NCBI GenBank assembly: GCA_020350205.1
Contig: CP070707.1
Coordinates: 2,577,090 to 2,641,089 of the forward strand
Direction: 5' to 3'
Length of the DNA: 64,000 nucleotides
DNA from: a bacterium
Lineage (GTDB): Bacteria; Calditrichota; Calditrichia; RBG-13-44-9
The position numbers and the translations under genes are program-made. The notes under the pieces are model-generated. The model was not told where the DNA came from. It did not search any database and saw nothing but the letters and a program-made list of their open reading frames with translations. Positions 48,001 through 57,257 of the stretch are shown one piece after another (position 1 is the first letter of the stretch; each line of letters opens with the position of its first letter).

Positions 48001-49081
48001 AGAGGGGGCAGGCGGATCGGATACCTATGGTCACATGTGGATTGACAGTGATGAACCTAATGGACCCACCTTTGATTGGATAGATATCAGTCAGACCGGT
48101 ACCCAGGTTCAGTTGACAGGAAATAACAGTATTTCCAGTAAAATAACTATCGGATTCCCATTTTCATTCTACGGTCAATCGTACAGCGATTTGCGGGTCT
48201 GCACCAACGGGTGGTTGAGTTTTACCACTTTTTCAGTCGCCTATAACAACTATCCCCTCCCAAGTAATCTTGCACCGCGTGCCATGATTGCACCGCTCTG
48301 GGATGATCTGAATTTCCAACCGGACAGCCGCCTGTATTATGAAAATCAGGGTAACAAACTGGTCCTGATGTATGAAGATGTGTATCGAATAACCGGCGAA
48401 GGCCCTTATACTTTTGAAGTAATTTTATTCGATAACGACAATATCGTCATACAATATCTGGATTTACAGAATCTTGTGGATGATTACACAGTCGGAATTC
48501 AGAATCATGTGGCAGATGATGGATTGACCATTGCTCATAATGAATCTTATCTCCATAATAATCTGGCAATTCTGATCAGCCGGGCAACCTGGGTTTCGGT
48601 GTCTCCTTTAAGTGGTGTGATACCGGCGCAATCATCATCAGATGTCTCATTGACATTTATTACCAGTAATTTTCCCGAAGGGGATTTCTGGGCCAGTCTT
48701 CAGATTGAGAGTAATGATCCGGATGAGGGAATTTACTTGCTTCCTATCCATATGATCGTTTCAGCAACCACCAGTTTCGAAGATATGGCGGCTGAGATTC
48801 CCAGGGAATTCAAACTTTTCCAGAATACTCCCAATCCATTTAATCCGATTACAATCATAAACTACCATTTACCCCAATCATCGCAGGTGGATTTGGTAAT
48901 TTTTAATATGCTGGGACAGCGTATCAAAACCCTGGTTAGTGAAAGGCAGGAAGCCAGGCAGTATCAAATACGCTGGGATGGCTCCAATGATCAGGGCGCC
49001 CGGGTCGCTTCTGGAATTTATATCTATCAGCTCCGGACCGAGAACAATATTGCGACCAAGAAAATGATCTTGATGAAATAG
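45011..49081 (+). CDS. Gingipain-like peptidase C25 family cysteine protease with Ig-like repeats and a T9SS type A C-terminal sorting domain (1356 aa)
   Basis: Signal peptide. Catalytic His motif (MLQHRDHGYEQGWGEP) and Cys motif (VFSINCLTGKYN) in C25 order. The C-terminal FQNTPNPFNPITIINYHLP...GIYIYQLRTENNIATKKMILMK is a canonical CTD. Confidence 0.7.
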   Translation: MKKYVTVVTSLLLLLVLSFSGLHSEVITYSNNWGRTGINLENQNATGVEVIFSIEQFILEEQLVNGEMLSVLQVPGIFLPNDEGAPNLPGTGRYIALPQGARATFQITAYRTEKYENIEIAPAPRIPWETEDGPLYYEKNTAIYQQDDFYPESAVKLSEKTQIRGVDAVLLGVTPFQYNPVSKELLIYKDLRIKVNFEGGNGHFGEDRLRSRWWDPLLRDIFVNEQMLPQMNYQYNTNESRDPGCEYLVICPDDPVFLSWADSIRVFRTRQGILTDVMTTTEVGGNTTTAIENFVNSIMDPVTGWNPAPAAILLLGDYGTSGNTIVSPIWNSYCVSDNIYADVNGNSMPDVVFARMTAQNATHLETMITKFLDYERTPPTNPNYYNNPITALGWQTERWFQICSEVVGGFWNQVMGKSTVRVNEIYSGTPSTTWSTATNTSTVLNFFGPNGLNYIPATPNVLGGWSGGNATDINNAINSGAFMLQHRDHGYEQGWGEPAYSSSHINGLTNTDLVFVFSINCLTGKYNLGSECFAEKFHRYTYNGQNSGALGITAASEVSYSFVNDTYVWGLFDNLWPNFMPSYGTTPPSRDVLPAFGNAAGKYFLQQSSWPYNTSNKEVTYNLFHHHGDAFTTVYTEMPQSLTVNHNAVLFGGQSSFTVTADQGGLIALTVNDEIIGVEVGTGIPVNIQIPPQVPGDQMMVTVTKQNYYRYEQPVMITAASGPYLYCMNAVTVDTTGNSNGIPECGEIVELKLNLTNLGVENATNITATINCPDTMISIMNGGVTSISVVNVGDTLVEGSFGVQINSQAPHLHLCQIDLQMQADSAGVPAGYQWNQVVPLVIRQGSQIELSDQQLSFPQTFLNFTSTLPLTFQNTGADTLLISDITADLPQYDISVSSLVINPGESQQVEVSFTPDDTLIYNATFTVLNNDPVNYETSFTVLGEGVNAPDVQTVPEDTFTITVGVTDSVTQDVTIQNVGLGELVFNVQIAGWDPENGEGAGGSDTYGHMWIDSDEPNGPTFDWIDISQTGTQVQLTGNNSISSKITIGFPFSFYGQSYSDLRVCTNGWLSFTTFSVAYNNYPLPSNLAPRAMIAPLWDDLNFQPDSRLYYENQGNKLVLMYEDVYRITGEGPYTFEVILFDNDNIVIQYLDLQNLVDDYTVGIQNHVADDGLTIAHNESYLHNNLAILISRATWVSVSPLSGVIPAQSSSDVSLTFITSNFPEGDFWASLQIESNDPDEGIYLLPIHMIVSATTSFEDMAAEIPREFKLFQNTPNPFNPITIINYHLPQSSQVDLVIFNMLGQRIKTLVSERQEARQYQIRWDGSNDQGARVASGIYIYQLRTENNIATKKMILMK

Positions 49082-49102
49082 GGATGTCATACACAGGAAT
49101 AG

Positions 49103-49133
49103 AAAAAGGCAGCATTTGGCTGCCTTTTTTTTT
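49103..49133 (+). terminator. Rho-independent terminator after the C25 peptidase gene
   Basis: AAAAAGGCAGC-atttg-GCTGCC stem-loop followed by a T9 run. Confidence 0.7.
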
Positions 49134-49198
49134 CGTTAAATTATATTATATTATGTTTTGTTAACTATTCACGTTAATTCTAAAGAGGAGAGATTGTA

Positions 49199-49405
49199 AT
49201 GGCAGGACAGGGATCTGGCGGAAATGTCTTGGCGGCATTGGCCAGTCTGTTTATTCCGGGATTAGGACAGTTGTTACAGGGAAGATTAGTGATGGCAATT
49301 ATCCAGTTTGTCTTGGCCGCACTGCTCTGGTTTGTACTTTTAGGATGGATTATCCATCTATGGTCTATTCTGGATGCAGCTAAATTTAAACCCAAGAACG
49401 AATAA
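49199..49405 (+). CDS. Small two-helix membrane protein with a PGLGQ motif (DUF5683/TM2-like)
   Basis: Strong SD AAGAGGAGA 8 nt upstream. 68 aa. FIPGLGQLLQGR motif followed by hydrophobic helices. Confidence 0.45.
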   Translation: MAGQGSGGNVLAALASLFIPGLGQLLQGRLVMAIIQFVLAALLWFVLLGWIIHLWSILDAAKFKPKNE

Positions 49406-49440
49406 TCAGAACACCTCAAACAACAAACTGAAAATCCGCT

Positions 49441-51390
49441 TTATGGTTTCTCCAATTCCGGAGATTTTCGGGTCGCTATCCAGAATAGAAAATATCCCAG
49501 CAATATAAAGATGGCAAATGATACGATCTGACCGAGCGTATCCTTCAGGCCAAAGGATAAACCGGCAGGGGTTTTATTGGCAAAAAAGGCATAGGCGGCA
49601 ATAATGACCCCCATGATACCTTCCCCGGCAATTAATCCTGAGCTGAGTAAAACCCCGGCTTTGGTTTGTTTACTGGCTAAACTTTCCTCTTTACGCGACC
49701 GGTGGGATTCCACAATTCGCCGGATTATCCCCCCGACAAATACGGGTGCCATGGTAGACAGGGGAAGATAAATTCCGACTGCGAATGGGAGTGAAGGAAC
49801 CGATAAAAGTTCCGCAACAATAGCAAAACTAGCTCCAATCAATACCAGGCTCCAGGGAAGATTTGCCTGTAAGACCCCATCGACCACCGTTTTCATCAGC
49901 GTCGCCTGCGGAGCAGGAATTTCCTCTGTTCCAAATCCATAAGCCTTACCCAGTGTGATTACTGCAAAGGCAATAAAAAATGCTGAACTGAAGGCACCGA
50001 ATAATTCACTGGCCTGTTGCTTTTGAGGGGTTGCGCCCAAAATATAACCCGCTTTCAGATCCTGTGAAATATCTCCGGCAATGGAAGCGGCTACCGCAAC
50101 CACCGTTCCGATTGTCAAAACCGCGGTTTTGCTAAGTGCGTCCGTCCATCCTAGCGAAAAGAACACCGCACTGGTTCCCAGTAAGGTCACGATGGCCATG
50201 CCGGATGTTGGGTTGGAAGAAACACCAACCAGTCCCACAATGCGGGAGGAAACAGTAACGAAAATAAATGCGAACAGGGCAATTGCCAGAGAGCCAATGA
50301 TGCGGGTTATAACAGTCTGATCCACACCCACCACCAATGGTGAGCTGATGGCAACCAACAGGAACAGGGCGACTACTGCAATCACAACTTTAAAAGAGAG
50401 ATCGCGATCGGTACGAATCCGTTTCTCAAACTCGGCCATGCTGGAAGGCCGAAGTTCTTTTAGACCAATCTTTAATGAATTGAGCATTGTAGGCAGAGAT
50501 TTGAATACTGTAATAATTCCGGCCACCGCCACGGCACCGGCTCCAATGTATCGAACATAACGGGTCCAGATCTCTCGAGCCGTCATATCTGCAATTAATT
50601 TATCACTCTCCGGAAACATGGGAATATTGAGACCTTCTCCGAAGTGTGCAATGGCGGGAATAATTCCCAGCCAGGATAGTAAACCACCTGCTACCATAAT
50701 GGCTGCGATCCGAAAACCCAATATATATCCAACTCCCATTAGTGCAGGAGTTGCTTCCAAGCCGATCTCGCCTTTTTTCAATCCGGGTATCTGCAGATGA
50801 ACTTTATCCGGCCAGAGATGTGCGATGGAAAGAATTCCCTTGTAGATAAAACCAATACCCAATCCCTGAAAGACAAATTTTGCGCTACTTCCCCCCTGGT
50901 CCGCTGCAATTAATACCTGGGCCGCTGCAGTTCCTTCGGGGTAAGGTAAAGTTCCGTGTTCCTGAACAATCAGAAATCGCCGTAAAGGAATCATAAAAAC
51001 AATGCCCAGCATACCCCCCAGGAGTCCCAGCAGACCGATTTGAAAAAAACCGGGGTCGAATCCCCACATGAAAAGGGCGGGAATAGTAAAAATAATACCT
51101 GATGCCAGGGAGGAACTGGCAGATCCGGTTGTCTGAGCGATGTTAGCTTCCAGAATGGTCGCTTTGCCCCAGATCTTTTCAAATGATTTGAAAAGTGCGA
51201 CGGATATCACGGCTAATGGGATCGCTGTGCTGATGGTCAAGCCTACACGCAATCCCAGATATGCATTTGCCGATCCGAAAAGAACCCCGAAGACGGCACC
51301 GACGATCAGGGCACGAACGCTGAAATCTGTCATTTTTGAATCTGTAGGTATGTGGGGTTGAAATTCTTCCATGGATTTCCTCAGTTTCAT
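49441..51390 (-). CDS. OPT family oligopeptide transporter
   Basis: 649 aa, about 16 TM. The N-terminal DFSVRALIVGAVFGVLFGSANAYLGLRVGLT is typical of bacterial OPT (TIGR00728/00733). Confidence 0.85.
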   Translation of the reverse strand: MKLRKSMEEFQPHIPTDSKMTDFSVRALIVGAVFGVLFGSANAYLGLRVGLTISTAIPLAVISVALFKSFEKIWGKATILEANIAQTTGSASSSLASGIIFTIPALFMWGFDPGFFQIGLLGLLGGMLGIVFMIPLRRFLIVQEHGTLPYPEGTAAAQVLIAADQGGSSAKFVFQGLGIGFIYKGILSIAHLWPDKVHLQIPGLKKGEIGLEATPALMGVGYILGFRIAAIMVAGGLLSWLGIIPAIAHFGEGLNIPMFPESDKLIADMTAREIWTRYVRYIGAGAVAVAGIITVFKSLPTMLNSLKIGLKELRPSSMAEFEKRIRTDRDLSFKVVIAVVALFLLVAISSPLVVGVDQTVITRIIGSLAIALFAFIFVTVSSRIVGLVGVSSNPTSGMAIVTLLGTSAVFFSLGWTDALSKTAVLTIGTVVAVAASIAGDISQDLKAGYILGATPQKQQASELFGAFSSAFFIAFAVITLGKAYGFGTEEIPAPQATLMKTVVDGVLQANLPWSLVLIGASFAIVAELLSVPSLPFAVGIYLPLSTMAPVFVGGIIRRIVESHRSRKEESLASKQTKAGVLLSSGLIAGEGIMGVIIAAYAFFANKTPAGLSFGLKDTLGQIVSFAIFILLGYFLFWIATRKSPELEKP

Positions 51391-51473
51391 TAATGTTGGA
51401 TAAATTGATGTTTTATTTAAATAAATCGGTCTTCAAAATCAAGGATATTTTCATTTCTAAAGAATGAGCTTAT

Positions 51474-52337
51474 TTAGATCAGGATCAGGAAGACACCCAG
51501 GATAATAATCAAAGTGCTGAGTATATTTTTAAGGGCGTTTTTTTCCTGAAAAAATATTACACCGATAAGAACACTCAAAATCGCACCGGCCCGCTTAAAA
51601 GAGATTACATAACTGACCAGTAAATATTTAAGTGCGGTAAATTGAGTCAGGACCATCAATCCGCTGATTAAACCTAAAATGAAAAGTTGAGGCCAGCGTT
51701 GACCGATCGTTTTGGAGTAATTTTTTCTTTTTTTCAGGATGATGGGCAAATATCCAACAGATAAAAGACTACAAATAACAAAACCATAAAGTGACTGAGA
51801 ACTGCTCAATACAGCAACCTTTTCGGCAGTTGCAGTGATACTCCATAAGAATGCCACCAGAATCATGATAAGGGTACCTGAATTTTGTTTGATACTAATC
51901 ATGGTTCTCTGGAGATTCAGAGATTGCAAATGAATGCTAAATCCTCCTATAAAAACGCAGAAAATTCCTAGTACGCCTTTGATATCCGGGAGCTCGCCGA
52001 TCATAACGAAAGCAACGGGAATTAAAAACACCGGGGTAAAGGCTGTAAACGGCATGGTATGGGAAAGTGGTCCTTTTTGAAGAGCCCGGTAGAATAGATA
52101 AAAGGTGAATGAGTTAAAAATGAAGCTTACACCTGTAGCCCATAAAAAATCATGCCATTGAATTACGGGAAGGCCATCAAAGATGAGGGAAAGTAAAAGA
52201 TAGGGCAGACTAAACAGGAAAGCGCCCCAGGTAATGATGAGTGGGGGAATTGTGTCTGAAATCTTTTTAGCATAAGCCCCTTGAAGACCAAACAGGAAGG
52301 CGGTAAGCAGGGCAAAAATAACACCGGGAATGGACAT
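51474..52337 (-). CDS. DMT superfamily / EamA-family transporter
   Basis: 10 TM helices in two EamA-like halves. Confidence 0.7.
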   Translation of the reverse strand: MSIPGVIFALLTAFLFGLQGAYAKKISDTIPPLIITWGAFLFSLPYLLLSLIFDGLPVIQWHDFLWATGVSFIFNSFTFYLFYRALQKGPLSHTMPFTAFTPVFLIPVAFVMIGELPDIKGVLGIFCVFIGGFSIHLQSLNLQRTMISIKQNSGTLIMILVAFLWSITATAEKVAVLSSSQSLYGFVICSLLSVGYLPIILKKRKNYSKTIGQRWPQLFILGLISGLMVLTQFTALKYLLVSYVISFKRAGAILSVLIGVIFFQEKNALKNILSTLIIILGVFLILI

Positions 52338-52655
52338 AAAAATTATATTTTAGTTTTGCGTGAATTGTAAGGATATCTTATTTGATAATCACGATTCAAA
52401 TTATCAGGTGTGTAATTTAAAATATACCAGTGGAATAATCATCTAGAATTCCTAGTTTTAGGGAGCAAAAATCAAAATAGGATGACCCCAGAACTCAAAT
52501 TGAAGGCAAAACCATGTAATCGGAGAGTGAGTTGATCTGAGATTGAGACTGAAATGTTATCGTACAAGGAGAATGGTTAATCAGTATTGCTTAAATTCCA
52601 AATCATTTCTATATTAAAATAAATGTAACAAGCTGAAAAAAGAAACGTAATTTCT

Positions 52656-53237
52656 ATGGACGAAGAGAAAAGAAGAGAGGACAAAAGGCTCATAGAACTG
52701 GCATTAGGTGGAGATGAAAGAGCCTATGAGTCCTTATTGAGTCGATATCGAAATTTGGTTTATTCCATTATGCTCAAAATGGTTCGAAACAAACAGGAAG
52801 CAGAAGATTTAACTCAGGAAGCGTTCATGAAAGCCTTCAGTTCTCTAGCAACTTTTAATGATGAATTTGCATTTTCAACCTGGCTCATGAAAATTGCTTC
52901 CAACAATTGTATCGATTTTTTAAGAAAAAGGAAACTTCGAACCTATTCAATCCATGAGCCAGTACAATATAAAGATGAAAAAATCGAAATTGATATTCCA
53001 GATCAGGATCCAAGCCCGGAAAGAACACTTCTTCAGAGCGAAAGGAGCCGGATGATCGAAGAAACCATTCAATCTCTGCCGGAACGATATCGGTATGTCA
53101 TTATTCTTCGCCATAAAGAGGAAAAATCTTATGAAGAGATTGCCGAAATTATGAATTTACCCCTGGGGACTGTGAAGGCGCAGATTTTTAGGGCTCGGGA
53201 AATTTTAAATAAAAAATTAAAGGAAATTTTAAATTGA
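52656..53237 (+). CDS. ECF-subfamily RNA polymerase sigma factor (sigma-24-like)
   Basis: Region 2 (DLTQEAFMKAF) and region 4 (YEEIAEIMNLPLGTVKAQIFRARE). Confidence 0.9.
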   Translation: MDEEKRREDKRLIELALGGDERAYESLLSRYRNLVYSIMLKMVRNKQEAEDLTQEAFMKAFSSLATFNDEFAFSTWLMKIASNNCIDFLRKRKLRTYSIHEPVQYKDEKIEIDIPDQDPSPERTLLQSERSRMIEETIQSLPERYRYVIILRHKEEKSYEEIAEIMNLPLGTVKAQIFRAREILNKKLKEILN

Positions 53238-54124
53238 AGAATTTTAATGGAATTATAAAAAACTCTTGGATATTGATCTGCTTTTTAGTGTGGATTCAAC
53301 CACTTTTCTCCGAAGATAGCCGAACCGGTAAATTGAACGTTGAAGAACCTTTTAGCCGGGAAAAAAATATGGTTGTCTTCATTAAGTATGGAAATGGGTA
53401 CCTGAATATTGCAAAATCAGACCCGAAAATGGTTTTTGATGGCGAATTTTTGTATGCAGAATATAAACCTGATGTTCGGTATGAGGTGGTTGGAGATGAA
53501 GGTCGGCTTGATATTCGTTTTTCGGGTGACGTCCGGGATCAGGATGAGGAGGATTCCAAGCACATTGATTCTGTTGATAAATTATATGAGAATGAGATGA
53601 ACCTTAAATTCTCTCCTCGGGTTCCGCTGGATTTGAACATGGATCTTGGTGTGATCAAGGGCGATCTGGATTTTAGTGGGTTGATGGTTGAAAAATTCGA
53701 TATAGAGGTGGGGGTAAGTAAGGCGGAAATTTATTTTAATGAACCAAATCCAACTTCCATTGAATCGTTCGACATTGAGGGGGGTGTTGGAAAATTAAGG
53801 ATTGAAAAGCTGGGAAACGCTAATATACAGGAGATGTCATTTGAGGGGGGGATCGGGTCTTACGAGTTGGATTTCTCTGGGAAATATCAACAGAATCTCT
53901 ATGCCAAGATGGAGTTGGGAATGGGTAAATTAACCCTCTATATTCCAAGAAAAATCGGAACCAGGATTTCGGTCGACCGCTCCTTTCTCTCTTCTTTTTC
54001 AATTGATGAAGCCTATAAAAGTGGTGACGTGTACACTAATGATCGATGGGAAAAAAGTAAATATCAAATTGATTTAGACATTGAAAGCGGGGTTGGAAAA
54101 ATTGATGTGATATGGGTAGATTAG
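53234..54124 (+). CDS. Membrane-anchored beta-repeat protein, DUF4097-like (putative adhesin/LiaG-like), partner of the ECF sigma
   Basis: TTG start overlapping the sigma stop (TTGA). N-terminal TM helix. Repeated GxxKxxIxxxxG beta-strand units (VGVSKAEIYF, GGVGKLRIEK, GGIGSYELDF, SGVGKIDVIW). Confidence 0.5.
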   Translation: MKNFNGIIKNSWILICFLVWIQPLFSEDSRTGKLNVEEPFSREKNMVVFIKYGNGYLNIAKSDPKMVFDGEFLYAEYKPDVRYEVVGDEGRLDIRFSGDVRDQDEEDSKHIDSVDKLYENEMNLKFSPRVPLDLNMDLGVIKGDLDFSGLMVEKFDIEVGVSKAEIYFNEPNPTSIESFDIEGGVGKLRIEKLGNANIQEMSFEGGIGSYELDFSGKYQQNLYAKMELGMGKLTLYIPRKIGTRISVDRSFLSSFSIDEAYKSGDVYTNDRWEKSKYQIDLDIESGVGKIDVIWVD

Positions 54125-54141
54125 ATATTGTTAGAGAAAAT

Positions 54142-54178
54142 AAAAAAACCCGGCAAATCGCTCTTGCCGGGTTTTTTT
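54142..54178. terminator. Bidirectional rho-independent terminator between convergent genes
   Basis: AAAAAAA-CCCGGCAA-atcgctc-TTGCCGGG-TTTTTTT. Confidence 0.75.
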
Positions 54179-54199
54179 ATGAACTTCCGTATTTTGGTA

Positions 54200-57058
54200 T
54201 TATGAACAACCGCTTGTCGTTCCGCATTCATTACACTTATAACAGTTGCCGTTTCTCACCATAATACTTCCGCATTCAGAGCAGTGAGGGGCATCTGCCT
54301 GAGTTTGAAAAATCAGCTTTTCCTGTTGTTCTAATTTTGAAATGGGGCTGGTATCAGCTTTGGTTTTTTGAGAACTGTCTGGACTGGAACCGCGGGGTTC
54401 CGGGATGACTATCTCCGTATCCTCTTCCTTTTGAATATCATGGAGTGAAATTTCATTATCCTCTACAAATTCCTCGCTCATGAAACGAAGCTGGTCATCA
54501 CGGGACAGGAATTTCAGAGCCAGCCAGCGGAAGATGTAATCCATAATAGACTTAGCGAAAGGAATCCTGGGGTTATTGGTGAAACCGGAAGGTTCAAAAC
54601 GGGAATGAGTAAATTTATTACAGAGTACTTTAAGGGGAACACCGTATTGTAGTGCCATGGAAATAGCGGTAGCAAAAGCATCCATGAGTCCCGAAACGGC
54701 TGATCCTTCTTTGGCCATGACGATAAATATCTCACCTGGTGAACCATCCTCGTACATTCCCGCCGTTATATATCCTTCGTGCCCGCCGATAGAAAATTTG
54801 TGGGTAATAGCCTTCCTCTCATCGGGTAGGCGACGACGGTAAGGACGGCCATGTTCCTTGACAGCCTTGTCTATGACCGTGGATAGCGGTTGGGTTCTCT
54901 TACTGTTGTCGCGATAAATCGAAATAGCCTTGAGACCGGCTCTCCAGGCTTCCAGATAAATGTCCTGAATTTCTTCGATGGAAATATTCTCCGGAACATT
55001 AACCGTTTTGGAAATCGCACCAGAAATGAAAGGCTGAGTGGCTGACAGCATCAGTACGTGTCCCATATAATGAATGCTGCGCTGTCCGTTAATCGGTTTG
55101 AAGGCGCAATCGAATACCGGCAAATGCTCCTCTTTTAGTGTTGGGGCTCCTTCAATTGTATCATTTTTCTGAATGTATTCAATGATGCTTCGAATATCCG
55201 AATCTGAATAATCTAGTTTCCTGAGAGCTTTTTCAACAGTTTGATTGACGATTTTAAGAAGACCTCCACCCACCAGTTTTTTATATTTTACCAGAGCAAT
55301 ATCAGGTTCAACACCGGTAGTGTCACAATCCATCAGAAATGCAATAGTTCCGGTCGGGGCCAAGACAGATACTTGGGCATTTCGGTATCCGTTTTCCTTT
55401 CCCTGTTGATATGCCTCATCCCAAACCTGACAAGCGCTTTGATACAATGGAGGGGGCAGATTTTCTTCATCGAGTTCGTATGCAGCGCTGCGGTGTTTTT
55501 GAATCACTCGAAGCATGGCTTCGCTGTTTTTCCGATACTCCTCGAATGGTCCCATCACCTGGGCCAGTTCACTGGAAGTTAAATAGGCCTCTCCGGTCAT
55601 AATAGCGCTGATAGCACCAGCATAGGCGCGACCCTCCACGCTATTGTACGGTAATCCACGAGACATGATGAGTGCACCAAGGTTGGCATAACCCAGCCCC
55701 AGAGTTCTGAATAGGTGAGAGTTGTGGGTAATTTCCTCGCGGGGATAACTTGAATTATCTACAATGATTTCCATGGCAGTAATCAGAACACGGACGGCTT
55801 TTCGGAACGGTTCCGCGTCGAATTCATCATTGGAATTTAAAAATTTCATAAGGTTGAGAGACGCCAGATTGCATGCTGTGTCGTCAATAAACATGTATTC
55901 AGAACAAGGATTTGAGGCATTTATACGAGCTGAATTGGGAGAGGTATGCCAGTCATTAATTGTCGTATCGAATTGTATACCCGGGTCGCCACAAAGGTGG
56001 GTGCCTTCTGAAATTTTGTAGAGGATATCCCGGGCACGATAGCGATCTGCTGGTTTTCCAGAAGTGACTTCTCGCGTTACCCACTCCAGATCATCGTCTA
56101 CTGCCTTCATGAAATCGTCAGTTACCCGAACACTGTGATTCGCATTTTGGAAGAAAATGGAACCGTAGGCTTCCCCATTGATTGAGCCGTCATATCCCGC
56201 ATCAATCAGTGCCCAGGCTTTTTTCTCTTCATTTGTTTTAGAATTGATAAAGTCCAGGACATCCGGGTGATCGACATTTAAAATAACCATTTTGGCTGCG
56301 CGTCGGGTTTTCCCGCCGGATTTAATAACACCCGCAAAAGCATCAAAGCCTTTCATAAATGAGACAGGACCGGAGGCAATACCGCCCCCGGCAATGGATT
56401 CCTTGGATGAGCGCAATGTGGAAAGATTTGTTCCAGTGCCGGATCCGAATTTAAACAACATTCCCTCAATTTTAGCGAGATCCAGAATACTTTCCATCCG
56501 GTCATCGACGGAATTGATAAAACAGGCCGAACATTGTGGCTTTTTCTCTACACCCACATTGAACCATACCGGACTATTGAAAGCAGCATACTGGTTGACC
56601 AGCAAGTAGGTGAGTTCACCATAAAATGTTTCGGCATCTTTATTACTGGCAAAATAACCATCTGCCTTTCCCCAGTCGGCAATGGTCCTGGAAACGCGGT
56701 TCACCAGTTGTTTAACACTGGTTTCTCTCTGCTCAGTTCCTAGCTGTCCATGAAAATATTTACTCACCACGACATTAGTGGCCAGTTGACTCCAGAACTT
56801 CGGTGTTTCAACATCACTTTGCTTAAAGACAACCTCTTTCTTTTCGTTTTGAATGATGGCTTCTCTTTTTTCCCACTCTATTTCATCGAAGGGATGTATG
56901 TCGGTTTTTGAAAAGAAATTCTTGAATTTCATTTTCAGTTTCTTTTTTGAATTTCGAGTTTTATTATCAACCTCATCAGAATACGTGTTATCCTGATCGA
57001 GCGGTAATAGCATATCACCCTGTCCCGTTTCCTTGACCGTATCTTTCTGAATTGCCAT
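54200..57058 (-). CDS. nrdJ: Adenosylcobalamin-dependent ribonucleoside-diphosphate reductase (class II RNR)
   Basis: 952 aa. Active-site region (NPCSEYMF..., LASLNL), an ATP-cone-like N-terminus and a C-terminal zinc ribbon (CSECGS...CYKCNECG). Confidence 0.9.
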   Translation of the reverse strand: MAIQKDTVKETGQGDMLLPLDQDNTYSDEVDNKTRNSKKKLKMKFKNFFSKTDIHPFDEIEWEKREAIIQNEKKEVVFKQSDVETPKFWSQLATNVVVSKYFHGQLGTEQRETSVKQLVNRVSRTIADWGKADGYFASNKDAETFYGELTYLLVNQYAAFNSPVWFNVGVEKKPQCSACFINSVDDRMESILDLAKIEGMLFKFGSGTGTNLSTLRSSKESIAGGGIASGPVSFMKGFDAFAGVIKSGGKTRRAAKMVILNVDHPDVLDFINSKTNEEKKAWALIDAGYDGSINGEAYGSIFFQNANHSVRVTDDFMKAVDDDLEWVTREVTSGKPADRYRARDILYKISEGTHLCGDPGIQFDTTINDWHTSPNSARINASNPCSEYMFIDDTACNLASLNLMKFLNSNDEFDAEPFRKAVRVLITAMEIIVDNSSYPREEITHNSHLFRTLGLGYANLGALIMSRGLPYNSVEGRAYAGAISAIMTGEAYLTSSELAQVMGPFEEYRKNSEAMLRVIQKHRSAAYELDEENLPPPLYQSACQVWDEAYQQGKENGYRNAQVSVLAPTGTIAFLMDCDTTGVEPDIALVKYKKLVGGGLLKIVNQTVEKALRKLDYSDSDIRSIIEYIQKNDTIEGAPTLKEEHLPVFDCAFKPINGQRSIHYMGHVLMLSATQPFISGAISKTVNVPENISIEEIQDIYLEAWRAGLKAISIYRDNSKRTQPLSTVIDKAVKEHGRPYRRRLPDERKAITHKFSIGGHEGYITAGMYEDGSPGEIFIVMAKEGSAVSGLMDAFATAISMALQYGVPLKVLCNKFTHSRFEPSGFTNNPRIPFAKSIMDYIFRWLALKFLSRDDQLRFMSEEFVEDNEISLHDIQKEEDTEIVIPEPRGSSPDSSQKTKADTSPISKLEQQEKLIFQTQADAPHCSECGSIMVRNGNCYKCNECGTTSGCS

Positions 57059-57257
57059 TAATAGACCTCCTGCATGCTTAAGCGTGTGATGTATTTAAAG
57101 ACTAATAAATGTGAGTTTGTATGTTAAGTAATAATAAGGATTTACATAAAATGAACAACTTAAGAAGTTGATCTAAGTTAAAATAATGATCAGTGAATGT
57201 CAACAATTTTTAATCGAATATTTTTGGAAAAATTTCATTTTTGCGGCTGGAAGAAGA

